Below, one piece after another: positions 50,076-59,701 of a DNA stretch of 64,000 nucleotides (positions are counted from its first letter, which is position 1; the number at the start of each line of letters is the position of its first letter). Made by a program: the position numbers and the translations under genes. Origin of the DNA: Candidatus Dormiibacterota bacterium (lineage in GTDB: Bacteria; Chloroflexota; Dormibacteria; Aeolococcales; Bog-877); assembly GCA_027306595.1 (NCBI GenBank), contig DAHUZI010000004.1, positions 19,380 to 83,379 on the forward strand. Reading direction: 5' to 3'. Below the pieces are notes generated by a model that did no database searches, was not told where the DNA came from, and saw only the letters and a program-made list of their open reading frames with translations.

Positions 50076-50846
50076 ATGCCGCCCACCGCCGCTCCTCCCG
50101 ATCCGACCGAGCTGACGCGGATCCAGGCCGAGCTGGAGGGCGCAGAGCCCCTGGCGATCCTGGGCTGGGCCTACGAGCGCTTCGGCTCCGTCGCCATCGT
50201 GGCCAGCTTCCAGGCGGAGTCCTGCGCCCTCATCGACATGGCCACCCGTCTGGCTCCGGCGGAGCGGGTGCGGGTCATCACCCTGGACACCGGGTGGCTG
50301 CCGCCCGAGACCCACGCGCTCATCGCGCGCATGCGGGAGCGCTACCACGTCCCGATCGCAGTCTGGAGGCCCGACCCGGCGGCGGTCGACCGGATGGAGG
50401 CCGATCACGGCCGCGCGCTCTTCCGCCGATCGGTCGCGCTGCGCCGCCTGTGCTGCGAGGTCCGCAAGCAGGCGCCGCTCGCCCGCGCCCTCCAGGGGAC
50501 CGAAGCCTGGATCACGGGCCTGCGGCGCGACCAGGCGCCGAGCCGGTGCGACACCCCGGTCGTCGAGGCCGACCTTGCGAACGGGGGGATCGCCAAGATC
50601 GCTCCCCTGGTCCGGTGGACCGCGGCCCAGGTCGACGCCTACCTCGAGCGCTGCGACGTGCCGCGCCATCCCCTCTACGCGCACGGGTACACCTCGATCG
50701 GCTGCGCGCCCTGCACGAGGGCCACCCGTCCCGGGGAGGACCCCCGCGCCGGGCGGTGGTGGTGGGAGGTGGGCGAGCCGAAGGAGTGCGGCCTCCATCC
50801 GAGCCACCCCGCGCGCCGCCCGGCCGCGGCCGAGACGGCGGCCTGA
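50076..50846 (+). CDS. cysH: adenylylsulfate (APS) reductase, Fe-S type (CysH)
   Basis: SIGCAPCT...KECGLH cysteine pattern typical of APS rather than PAPS reductases. Confidence 0.85.
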   Translation: MPPTAAPPDPTELTRIQAELEGAEPLAILGWAYERFGSVAIVASFQAESCALIDMATRLAPAERVRVITLDTGWLPPETHALIARMRERYHVPIAVWRPDPAAVDRMEADHGRALFRRSVALRRLCCEVRKQAPLARALQGTEAWITGLRRDQAPSRCDTPVVEADLANGGIAKIAPLVRWTAAQVDAYLERCDVPRHPLYAHGYTSIGCAPCTRATRPGEDPRAGRWWWEVGEPKECGLHPSHPARRPAAAETAA

Positions 50847-50848
50847 GG

Positions 50849-52519
50849 GTGGCCGGGCGTGGCGGGGCCGTCATCTGGTTCACCGGACTCTCCGGGGCGG
50901 GCAAGTCCACCCTGGCCCGGCGCCTCGAAGCCGAGATCGTGCGGGCCGGCCGCCGCGCGGTCGTGCTCGATGGCGACGAGGTGCGCGAGCACCTCTCCCA
51001 GGGGCTGGGGTTCAGCAAGGCGGATCGGGACACGAACATCCGGCGGATCGGATGGGTGGCGAACCTGGTCGCGGCGAGCGGCGGCCTCGCCATCGCCGCG
51101 GCCATCTCCCCCTACCGCGAGGTCCGGGACGAGGTCCGCCGTCGGGTCGGCAGCTTCGTCGAGGTCTACGTCCAGTGCAGCCTGGACGAGCTGGTCCGGC
51201 GCGACGTCAAGGGGCTCTACCGGCGGGCGCTCGCCGGTGAGATCGCCAACTTCACCGGTGTCAGCGACCCATACGAGCCGCCGCTTCGCCCCGAGGTCGT
51301 GGTGGACAGCGGCACCGAGCCGGTCGAGGCGTCGCTGACGCGGATCCTCGAGACCCTCGAGCGGCTCGGCCACATCCGGCGTCCGCCGGGAACGGCACCG
51401 CTCGCCGGCGATGACCGTCGGGCGCTGGCCGAGGAGGCCGCGGGCCTCCCCCGGCTCAGGGTCGGCTCCCGGGTCGCCACGGACGCCCACATGCTCGCGA
51501 GCGGGGCGCTCGCCCCGCTGGGCGGGTTCATGACCGCGGCGGAGCTCACCGCCGTCGTCGAGGACGGGCGGCTGCCCGGCGGGGAGCCGTTCACGATCCC
51601 CGTCAGCTGCCGGGTGGATGGGGATGCCGCCGCTGCGGTCCGGCGCCATGCCCGGGTCGCCCTCGAGGGGCCCGATGGCCCGTTCGCGGTGCTGGAGCTG
51701 CAGGAGGTCTTCCAGCCCGACCGGGCACGTGAGGCTGTTCGCGTGTTCGGGACCGACGAGATCGACCATCCCGGGGTTCGGACGCTGCTGGAGGGCGGCG
51801 ATTACGCGCTCGCGGGTCCGGTCCGGGTCTTCGCCCCGGCTCGGGCCCGCTTTCCCGAGTACGAGCGCTCGCCGGCGGAGGTCCGTACGGCGGCCGCCGA
51901 TCGCGGGTGGCGGACCATGGTCGGCTTCCAGACCCGCAATCCGGTCCACCGGGCCCACGAGTACCTCCAGAAGGTGGCGCTGGAGGTGGTGGACGGGCTC
52001 CTCCTCCACCCCCTGGTCGGGGACACGAAGGACGACGACACCCCCCCGGACGTTCGGATCCGCTGCTACGAGGCGCTCCTTGAGGGGTACTACCCCGCCG
52101 ATCGGGTGCTGCTGGCGACCAACCCCGCCTGGATGCGCTATGCGGGGCCGCGAGAGGCCGTCTTCCACGCGATCATCCGGCGCAACTACGGCTGCACCCA
52201 CTTCATCGTCGGGCGTGACCACGCTGGGGTCGGCCGCTACTACGACACCTACGCCGCCCACCGCGTGTTCGACCAGTACGCGCCCGGCGAGCTGGGGATC
52301 GAGATCCTCCGCTTCGAGCACGCCTTCTACTGCCGGCGCTGCGAGGGGATGGCCTCGACCCGGACCTGCCCCCACCCGGTCGCCGACCACACCGTCCTCA
52401 GCGGGACCCGGGTGCGGGAGATGCTGGCGGCGGGGAGCCTGCCCCCGGCCGAGTTCTCGCGCCCCGAGGTGGCGTCGATCCTCGCCGCCGCCAGCCGAAC
52501 CCCCGCGGCGGTGGACTGA
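50849..52519 (+). CDS. cysC-sat: bifunctional APS kinase (N-terminal) / sulfate adenylyltransferase (C-terminal)
   Basis: VIWFTGLSGAGKST with DGDEVR (CysC). Later QTRNPVHRAHE and GRDHAG (ATP sulfurylase). GTG start 3 bp after the cysH stop. Confidence 0.85.
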   Translation: MAGRGGAVIWFTGLSGAGKSTLARRLEAEIVRAGRRAVVLDGDEVREHLSQGLGFSKADRDTNIRRIGWVANLVAASGGLAIAAAISPYREVRDEVRRRVGSFVEVYVQCSLDELVRRDVKGLYRRALAGEIANFTGVSDPYEPPLRPEVVVDSGTEPVEASLTRILETLERLGHIRRPPGTAPLAGDDRRALAEEAAGLPRLRVGSRVATDAHMLASGALAPLGGFMTAAELTAVVEDGRLPGGEPFTIPVSCRVDGDAAAAVRRHARVALEGPDGPFAVLELQEVFQPDRAREAVRVFGTDEIDHPGVRTLLEGGDYALAGPVRVFAPARARFPEYERSPAEVRTAAADRGWRTMVGFQTRNPVHRAHEYLQKVALEVVDGLLLHPLVGDTKDDDTPPDVRIRCYEALLEGYYPADRVLLATNPAWMRYAGPREAVFHAIIRRNYGCTHFIVGRDHAGVGRYYDTYAAHRVFDQYAPGELGIEILRFEHAFYCRRCEGMASTRTCPHPVADHTVLSGTRVREMLAAGSLPPAEFSRPEVASILAAASRTPAAVD

Positions 52520-52656
52520 CCCGTCGGGGGGCCGCGGTCGCCCGCGGGCCAGCGAGCACCGGGGCGCGGGGGCTGCCGCCGGCGGCTCGGCCCGTGCGGG
52601 CCCGGTGCCGAGGCCCTACCCTCTCAAGGGGTCAGGCCACCAACCGGGGGGAGCTC

Positions 52657-52998
52657 GTGCCCGAGGCGTGCATCTTCTGCCGGATCGTCCGCGGCGAGCT
52701 GCCGGCGGAGGTCGTCCACCGGGAGGCCGGGCTGGTGGCGATCCGAGATATCCAGCCGGTGGCCGCGACCCACGTGCTCGTGATCCCCGAACGCCACGTG
52801 GCCGACCTGCGCGGGCTCGGGCCCGAGGACGCCGACCTGTGGTGGCGCCTCACCCGTGCCGCCAACCAGGTCGCCGAGCAGCTCGGGCACACGACCGGTT
52901 ATCGCTTCTACGTCAGCGTTGGCCCGGGCGGCGGCCAGACCGTCTTCCACCTCCACATCCATGTCCTCGGCGGCCCCATGGCCCGGCTGCCCGTCTAG
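52657..52998 (+). CDS. HIT-family (histidine triad) nucleotide hydrolase/transferase
   Basis: CIFCRIV N-terminus and HLHIHVLGG triad. GTG start with G-rich RBS. Confidence 0.75.
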   Translation: MPEACIFCRIVRGELPAEVVHREAGLVAIRDIQPVAATHVLVIPERHVADLRGLGPEDADLWWRLTRAANQVAEQLGHTTGYRFYVSVGPGGGQTVFHLHIHVLGGPMARLPV

Positions 52999-53133
52999 GC
53001 GGCGCCCGCCCCGCTCCGCCGGAGCCGGTGCCGGGCCCGCGGCGGTTGATCGGGGGCGATTCGCGGTATTGTTGACCGACACGGTCTGGTTCCCACGGAG
53101 CCCGGCCGCCACGAGCCAGGAGCTGGGGATGAG

Positions 53134-54336
53134 ATGGGTATCACCTCGCGCGATCTGATCAACCGGGCGCGGCTCGCGATCCCCGAGGTCACGGTCCAGG
53201 AGGTGCGGCGGCGCCAGGAGCACCACGACGGGCCGGTGCTCATCGACATCCGCGAGAAGGACGAGGTGGAGCAGGGCCTCCTCCCCGGTGCGCTCCACAT
53301 CCCGAGGGGCTTCCTCGAGCTCCAGATCGAGGACCGCGTCCCTGACCGCGCCACCCCGATCACGCTCTACTGCGCGGGCGGCACCCGGTCGCTCTTCGGC
53401 GCGCAGACCCTGCGCGAGATGGGCTACACCCGGGTCGAGTCGATGGCCGGTGGCTTCGGCGCGTGGAAGGACCAGGGCCTCCCCTTCGTCCTGCCCCGGA
53501 CCTTCACCGCCGAGCAGCGAGAGCGCTACTCGCGCCACTTCCTCGTCCCCGAGGTCGGAGAGCTCGGGCAGGCCAAGCTGCTCGACAGCAAGGTGCTGCT
53601 GATCGGGGCGGGCGGGCTCGGTGCCCCCGTCGCCTACTACCTCGGCGCAGCCGGTGTCGGCACCCTGGGGCTGGTGGACTTCGACCGGGTCGATCGGAGC
53701 AACCTTCAGCGCCAGATCATCCACAGCGAGGACCGCCTGGGGATGCTCAAGACCGAGTCGGCCGCGCTCACGCTCAAGGCGCTGAACCCCGACGTGACCG
53801 TCAACCAGCACAACATCCACCTCGACGCCAGCAACGCCGTCGAGCTCTTCGGCCGGTACGACGTCATCGTCAACGGCTGCGACAACTTCCCGACGCGCTA
53901 CCTCGCCAACGACGTCGCCCTCTTCACCGGCAAGCCGCTCGTCGACGGCGGGATCTTCCGCTTCGAGGGCCAGGCGACCACGGTCGTGCCATTCGAGTCG
54001 CCCTGCTACCGGTGCCGCTATCCGATGCCGCCGCCCCCGGAGGAGGCACCCAGCTGCGCCGAGGCCGGGGTGCTGGGCGTGCTCCCGGGGCTGGTCGGCC
54101 TGGTGCAGGCGACGGAGGTCCTCAAGCTCCTGCTCGGCGTGGGCGACATCCTGAGCGGGCGGCTCCTCCACATCGACGCCCTGGCGATGGAGTTCCGGGA
54201 GTTCCGGGTCCGCCGCGACCCCGCCTGCCCGGTCTGCGGCGAGAACCGCACGATCACGGCGCCGATCGACTACGAGGGCTTCTGCCTCAACCCGAACCTG
54301 GTCCAGCCGGCGCCGCGCACCGCGACCGCCAGCTGA
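53134..54336 (+). CDS. rhodanese domain (N-terminal) fused to ThiF/MoeB-type E1-like adenylyltransferase (C-terminal)
   Basis: Rhodanese active-site loop LYCAGGTRS. Then GAGGLGAPVAYYLGAAGVG nucleotide fold, catalytic SCAEAGVLG and zinc CxxC...CxxC. Confidence 0.8.
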   Translation: MGITSRDLINRARLAIPEVTVQEVRRRQEHHDGPVLIDIREKDEVEQGLLPGALHIPRGFLELQIEDRVPDRATPITLYCAGGTRSLFGAQTLREMGYTRVESMAGGFGAWKDQGLPFVLPRTFTAEQRERYSRHFLVPEVGELGQAKLLDSKVLLIGAGGLGAPVAYYLGAAGVGTLGLVDFDRVDRSNLQRQIIHSEDRLGMLKTESAALTLKALNPDVTVNQHNIHLDASNAVELFGRYDVIVNGCDNFPTRYLANDVALFTGKPLVDGGIFRFEGQATTVVPFESPCYRCRYPMPPPPEEAPSCAEAGVLGVLPGLVGLVQATEVLKLLLGVGDILSGRLLHIDALAMEFREFRVRRDPACPVCGENRTITAPIDYEGFCLNPNLVQPAPRTATAS

Positions 54337-54370
54337 GCGGCGCCGGCTGGCCGCCGTAGACTGGCGGCCC

Positions 54371-55035
54371 ATGGGCACCCCGGACGCGACCGACCTCGCC
54401 TATCTCCTCACGCTCCACCCGGACCCCGGGCCGGTGCTCCGCCGCCTCGACGCTGAGAGCCGGGCCGAGGACATCCCGAGCGTCGAGCCCTCGACCGGGC
54501 CACTCCTTTCGGTCCTGACCGCGGCCGTCGCCGCCCGCACCGTGCTGGAGGTCGGCACCGCGATCGGGTACTCGGGGCTCTGGATCGCCCGCGGGCTCGG
54601 CCCCGGCGGACGCATCACCACGATCGATCCCGATGGCTCGCGCCAGGCGCGGGCGGCGGCGGCGTTCGCCGAGGCCGGCCTCTCCCGTGTCCTGGACCCC
54701 CGCAACGCCCCGGCGCTCGAGGTCCTCCCGGGCTCGCCGGACCCTTCGACCTGGCGTTCCTCGACGCCCTGAAGGAGGAGCTCTGGGACTATCTCGAGCA
54801 CGCCCTCCGCCTCGTGCGCCCGGGGGGGCTCGTGGTTGTCGACAATCTCCTGTGGTCCGGTGAGGCGGCCCGCGGGGCGCCACCGGACGCCTCGCCCGGG
54901 CGGCGCCGCTCGACCGAGGCCATCCGGGCGTTCAACCCCCGGTTTCTTGCCCATCCTCGTCTCGTGTCGACCATCCTTCCCGTCGGCGATGGCGTCGGGG
55001 TGGGGGTGGTTCGGGAGGCCCTGCTCGCCGGCTGA
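54371..55035 (+). pseudogene. class I SAM-dependent O-methyltransferase (family 3) with a -1 frameshift
   Basis: LEVGTAIGYSGLWIARG...ITTIDPD is in one frame. The FDLAFLDALKEE...LVRPGGLVVVDNLLWSG continuation is in another. The junction is near 54748. Confidence 0.6.
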
Positions 55036-55084
55036 TCCGGGCGGGCGGGGTTGAGGGGCGCGGGCCACGGGTACACTGGCTGTC

Positions 55085-55300
55085 GTGAAGGGACAGGCGG
55101 TCGCGATCGACGACGTCCTTGTCGCGATCGAGACGGCACGCGACAAGGTGATGGCCGACGAGGTCCGTTCTCTGGTGAAGTTCGGGGTGCCGCGCGCGCT
55201 CGCCCATCAGATGGTGGCCGCCCGCTACCAGCAGAAGGTGGCGGGTGAGGATGGCGAGCCCGCCGAGACCGAGGCGGCTCCCTGGACGGACATGAGCTGA
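55085..55300 (+). CDS. small hypothetical protein (71 aa)
   Basis: Balanced composition. GTG start. Confidence 0.35.
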   Translation: MKGQAVAIDDVLVAIETARDKVMADEVRSLVKFGVPRALAHQMVAARYQQKVAGEDGEPAETEAAPWTDMS

Positions 55301-55395
55301 GGCGAGCCCCAGCTCGATCCGGGGCCGCCACTCGGCGCCGACCGCTCGGGTAGGGCCGCGCCCCACGTCCCTGCGTTCGGGGGACCGATGGAGCG

Positions 55396-56493
55396 ATGGA
55401 CGCTCCTGGGTGCCCCGCCCCGTACCGCAGCCAACGCGGCTACCTCCCCCTCGCCGCCTATCGCGAGGCGCAGCTGGGCGACGGCGCATTCCTCGGCCAG
55501 CAGTTCGGCGTCGAGCTGGTCCGCACCGGGCCGCCCGACGACATGGCCGACCGGCGCCTGGCGGCGATCGCCTCCGAGATCGACCGCCTGCCGGTGCAGG
55601 TGAAGGATCTGATCCGGGCCGCGATCGAGGAGATCCAGGTGACGAGCGACCGCGGCTTGCCTCCTGCGACCCTCGCCGCCTGGTCCAACGGCGTGCTCCG
55701 GATCAATGGGGCCTCCCCCACCTTCGAGCGGCGTCCGCGCGGGCCGGCGGCGCTGAACGCCAGCGGCTCCCTTCTGCGCACGACCCTCATCCACGAGTGC
55801 GGGCACATCCTCGCCGAGGATCCCCGCGGCGGGGTCCCGCTCCGCGACTACCTCACCCTGCTGGCCGCGTCGGGCTGGCTGCCCGACCCGCTGCGCGACC
55901 CCCTCCCGTACGGGGCGGTGGGCGAGGATGTCCGCCAGCTCGCCGACCATTACGGACGCCGGTTGAGGGAGGCGCGTCCGGGCTGGGATCTCGGCCGGCC
56001 GCTGCGAGATCCTCGATTGCCAGGGGTTCGCCACTTCGACCGGGACGTGATGGCGAACCCGGGCGGGGACGCGAGTCCCGCAACCCGCCGCGGCCTCGGC
56101 CTCCTCGCCCAGGGCAGGCTGGCGGTCACCATCGCGGCATCGCACCGGCGCGACGAATACGAGCGTGCGCTGTCCGCGGTTGGGTTGACGCTTCCGGCGG
56201 TTCAGCGGACTCTCAACCGGCGCGGGCCGATAACGCGGTACGCGGGCGAGGAGGTGGCGGAGACGCCGGCGGAGCTCTTCGCCGTGCTCCACCGGGGCCG
56301 TCTGACGATCCATCAGGAACCGGAGGCGCTCAGAGAGGGGCAGCGGGTGCTCTGCGAGCCCTGGCTCTTGGCCGAGCGGTCCGGTCCTCCGCGCCAGCTC
56401 GCGCCTCGGATCGGCGCGCGCCGAACGCGCGGCGTCGGAGTGGTCGCGGGGCCGAGCGAGTGCCTGCAGCCGTCTCGGGGTCGCGGACGTTGA
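55396..56493 (+). CDS. hypothetical protein with an HExxH (HECGH) putative metallopeptidase motif
   Basis: TTLIHECGHILAEDP. GGAG RBS 5 bp before the ATG. Confidence 0.45.
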   Translation: MDAPGCPAPYRSQRGYLPLAAYREAQLGDGAFLGQQFGVELVRTGPPDDMADRRLAAIASEIDRLPVQVKDLIRAAIEEIQVTSDRGLPPATLAAWSNGVLRINGASPTFERRPRGPAALNASGSLLRTTLIHECGHILAEDPRGGVPLRDYLTLLAASGWLPDPLRDPLPYGAVGEDVRQLADHYGRRLREARPGWDLGRPLRDPRLPGVRHFDRDVMANPGGDASPATRRGLGLLAQGRLAVTIAASHRRDEYERALSAVGLTLPAVQRTLNRRGPITRYAGEEVAETPAELFAVLHRGRLTIHQEPEALREGQRVLCEPWLLAERSGPPRQLAPRIGARRTRGVGVVAGPSECLQPSRGRGR

Positions 56494-56774
56494 AGCTGAT
56501 CCATGAGCTGATCGATCCTGCGACCGGGCGGTCGGTGACGGTGCGCGCCCACCCCGTCCGCATCGACGGCGACGAGACCCTGCGGGCGGCGGTGGCCGAC
56601 TACTTCGCCGGTCCGGTCGAGGCACTGACCCCGCTGCGCCAGACCACGTGCGCAGGGCGCGGCACTCTACTCCAGGTGCTGCACCCTGGTGACGCGGACT
56701 GGTTCGATGCCTGCCTGGATCAGGCCTCCGCTGGGCTCGGGCTGCGCCACCTCCGACGGTTCGGCCCCGCGTGA
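56490..56774 (+). CDS. possible small hypothetical protein (TTG start overlapping the upstream stop)
   Basis: A segment of non-biased composition at the end of the artefactual ORF 55410..56774. Confidence 0.25.
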   Translation: MKLIHELIDPATGRSVTVRAHPVRIDGDETLRAAVADYFAGPVEALTPLRQTTCAGRGTLLQVLHPGDADWFDACLDQASAGLGLRHLRRFGPA

Positions 56775-56951
56775 ATGCGACAGGAACCTACGTTCGCCCC
56801 ACTGCCTGTTGCCAACCGTTGGAGGCAGCGCTATCCTCTCGCCACCCCGCGTCGGTGGGTAGCTCGCGGGCCGCGGCAGCCGGATGCAGGACGGATGGCG
56901 TGAGAGAGGGCCTCGGGTGGGCTCGCAGGCGCCTGCGACCACCTCTGCGCG

Positions 56952-57637
56952 CGATGGCGGCCCCGCCCAGACGGACGGGAGCGCCGCGCCGAGCGTGGGT
57001 CTGCGCCGTGGCTGGGTCGTTGAGCGTGGTTGCCATGGCGGCATGCGGTCCGGCACCAGCGGCAGTGCACATACCGGGCCCGGCGCCGACCGCATCCCCG
57101 ACACGGGTGCGTACGGTTCTGGGTGCTCCCGAGCGACCCGCCACCACGGCAACACCGATGAAGATCGCGCCGGGCGTGGCGGCTCCAGCCTCCGACGTCG
57201 CCCCGCCGCGCTTCACCGTGAGCCGTCGACACCCCCCACCGCCCGGAACCCCGGTCTCGGTGGTCGTCGCCGATTTTCTCCGCGACAACTACATCGAGAA
57301 CGTGGCGATCGAACGGGACGACCCGCGACTTCTCCGGTATGCGGATGGTGGGCGTTTTCTGCTCGCGGAGCAGAGGGCAGTGGCGGCAGGAGCTCAACAA
57401 GGCCTCAGGGGTCACGCAATACGTGACCGATTCACGGACATCCGGGTCGGTACTCTGGTAGATCCGGGCCGACGCCAAGTGGCGATCGCAATCTACGCGA
57501 GCGGTGTCGAGTGGCGGGTCGCCGAGATAGCAGGACAGTTGAGGCGCGAGGTGTATTACTTTCACGATCTATTTTGGTGTGCCCAGAGTCAGCCGCGCGG
57601 GCCTTACCTTCTGGTGGACTCAGCAGTACTCCCGTGA
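56952..57637 (+). CDS. putative lipoprotein of unknown function
   Basis: LSVVAMAAC lipobox-like signal. Lower-GC codon usage in its 3' half. Confidence 0.5.
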
Positions 57638-58560
57638 AGTCAGCTAGTGTCGTTGCTGCAGCGGTTGCGTTAGTCATGTTTGCCTCGATTGCCGACGCGC
57701 AGGCACACAACCCTCCTCCTACGCTCCACTGCAATGCAGCCTCAGCCGGAGATGTGTTTGGTGGGAGGTGCTATCGCCCTGCCTCACCCTCCGCTCCGAG
57801 CCGTCCGGCGTACTTCCACCCGTGGTCCATGGCGCAGCCCGTCAATCGCACCGGATGCGTGCCGTACGAGGAGATCACCTGGGCAGACGGCACGGCTGCA
57901 GTCGGGGGGCCCGAGCCCTACGGCTTCTTCTTCTACGGCGGCTTCAAGATCCAGCGCGTCCTCTCCGATCCCACGACGGACTGGGGGTGGGAGTGGTACA
58001 TCCCCTGCAACCCCAAGGTGGCGATGAGATTCGTCGGGATCGTCCACATGCCCCGAGCCCCAAGCCCCTGTCCGACGGGCGTGCCCGACTGCCACCCGGG
58101 TGTCAGCATTCCTGGGTTTCTGGCAGCGGCTCGGGGGGCAGTGCCGCTTGAGCGCGTCGTCGTCAATCCGGTATCCGTTGGCGTGGTGAACGTCCGGGTC
58201 GTGGCCGCGCTCGATCCTCTCCCGGTGCCGCGGATGGCCACGGTCCGGGTGACCGTTCCCGATCTGGGCGATCTGGATCCTGGCGAGCGGGTCCACGTGC
58301 TGTGGATCGTGACGGCGACGCCGGAGCCGTGGACGTGGCTGTGGCCGGACGGGAGCGCCTCGACCGCCGGACGGTGGGTGCCGCAGTCGGACGAGCGCGG
58401 CGCCGAGATCCGGGTCAACCTCACGTATCGCGTGACGGCCGCCGGATTCTGGTCCGATGGCGTGGTCGTGCACAGCCTCCCTGGGTTCACCGTCGGCACC
58501 ATCACGGTTCCCACCGCCATGGCGTACGACGTGGTTCAGGTCCAGCCGGCGGTCGAGTAG
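57634..58560 (+). CDS. secreted Cys-rich protein of unknown function
   Basis: Signal peptide MKSASVVAAAVALVMFASIADAQA. Many Cys in the N-terminal half. GTG overlaps the upstream stop. Locally reduced GC. Confidence 0.55.
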   Translation: MKSASVVAAAVALVMFASIADAQAHNPPPTLHCNAASAGDVFGGRCYRPASPSAPSRPAYFHPWSMAQPVNRTGCVPYEEITWADGTAAVGGPEPYGFFFYGGFKIQRVLSDPTTDWGWEWYIPCNPKVAMRFVGIVHMPRAPSPCPTGVPDCHPGVSIPGFLAAARGAVPLERVVVNPVSVGVVNVRVVAALDPLPVPRMATVRVTVPDLGDLDPGERVHVLWIVTATPEPWTWLWPDGSASTAGRWVPQSDERGAEIRVNLTYRVTAAGFWSDGVVVHSLPGFTVGTITVPTAMAYDVVQVQPAVE

Positions 58561-58626
58561 CGGCCGGTCAGGGGTTCCGTACGCCCACCCCCGATCCGAC
58601 CCGCGGCTACACTTGAGACCTACCGG

Positions 58627-58703
<77 letters not shown>

Positions 58704-58771
58704 GCGGGCGGGTGGTGGGGCCGGCGGTCAGCCCGCGGCCGCCCCCCTCGGCGTGCGATCCTTACCTTCCC

Positions 58772-59596
58772 ATGCGCAATCCCGGAAGTCGCGAGCTCCG
58801 ACGACGCCAGGCCCGCCTGGAGGGTCAACGCCGCGCGGAGGTTCGCGAGAAGGTCGAAGCCCAGGCTCCAAACCAGCAGGAGCGGCTGCGCCGGGGCGGG
58901 CTCTTCCTCGGGGTGTCTCCACGGCAGGTGACGAGGCTGGCGCTTGCCACCACCCTCGGCGCGGTCGTCCTGGTGGGGCTGGGGGTGCTCGCGCTCCTGA
59001 TCGAGCTCGGCCAGAACGATCTCCCCCTGGGGGTGGTCCTCGTCGTTCTGGCAGCGCTCTGCGGCGGGGCTGGGGCCTCTGTCGTGGCCCCGGCCATCCC
59101 CCCGGCGCGGCGCGACCAGAAGACGTCGCCCGAGACCGTCCAAGGCCAGCTCGTGGGCGCCAGCGAGGTATCGGGCACACCCGGCCTGGCACTGGTCGCA
59201 CTCAATGTCAACCGCGGGATCCAGGAGTTCAGGGTGCGCCCCGAGCTCTATCAGAAGCTCCAGGGAGGGGCGGTGACGGTCGGGCTCACGGTGACCCCGA
59301 ACCTCCAGCACGTGCTCACCCTCACTGTGATCCGGCGGGACCGGCTCGCCCGGCTCCAGTCGCCCCCGATCAGCCGGGCGGTCCGGATGAGCGTCTGGCT
59401 CCCGTACCTCTCGTTCGCCGCCCTGATCGGCGGCCTTGCTCTCGGCGGGCTGATCGGGGCCTTCCTCCCACTCGGCACCAGCCCCCTTCACGCTCTGGCG
59501 GCTGCTCTGCTCGCCGCCGCCCTCGCAGGAGGGGTGGCGGTGGGCCTGCGCCTCTACGCGAGGCGGCTCATGCGGGGCCTGGACCTTCCCACCTGA
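58772..59596 (+). CDS. hypothetical membrane protein
   Basis: Several predicted TM helices. Begins 69 bp after the tRNA. Confidence 0.5.
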   Translation: MRNPGSRELRRRQARLEGQRRAEVREKVEAQAPNQQERLRRGGLFLGVSPRQVTRLALATTLGAVVLVGLGVLALLIELGQNDLPLGVVLVVLAALCGGAGASVVAPAIPPARRDQKTSPETVQGQLVGASEVSGTPGLALVALNVNRGIQEFRVRPELYQKLQGGAVTVGLTVTPNLQHVLTLTVIRRDRLARLQSPPISRAVRMSVWLPYLSFAALIGGLALGGLIGAFLPLGTSPLHALAAALLAAALAGGVAVGLRLYARRLMRGLDLPT

Positions 59597-59701
59597 CCCG
59601 AGCTGGTCGCGGCGCCCGGGCTCCCTGGTAGACTCCAGCGGGCCCCCATCCTGCGTCCGGGACCACCGGGCGCAATCCCACAGGTATCGGGAGGTACGCG
59701 C

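Noticed and set aside
50066-50848. N-terminal extension of the cysC-sat ORF back to 50066
   Set aside because: That stretch is the cysH gene in another frame. The real start is the GTG at 50849, just after the cysH stop.
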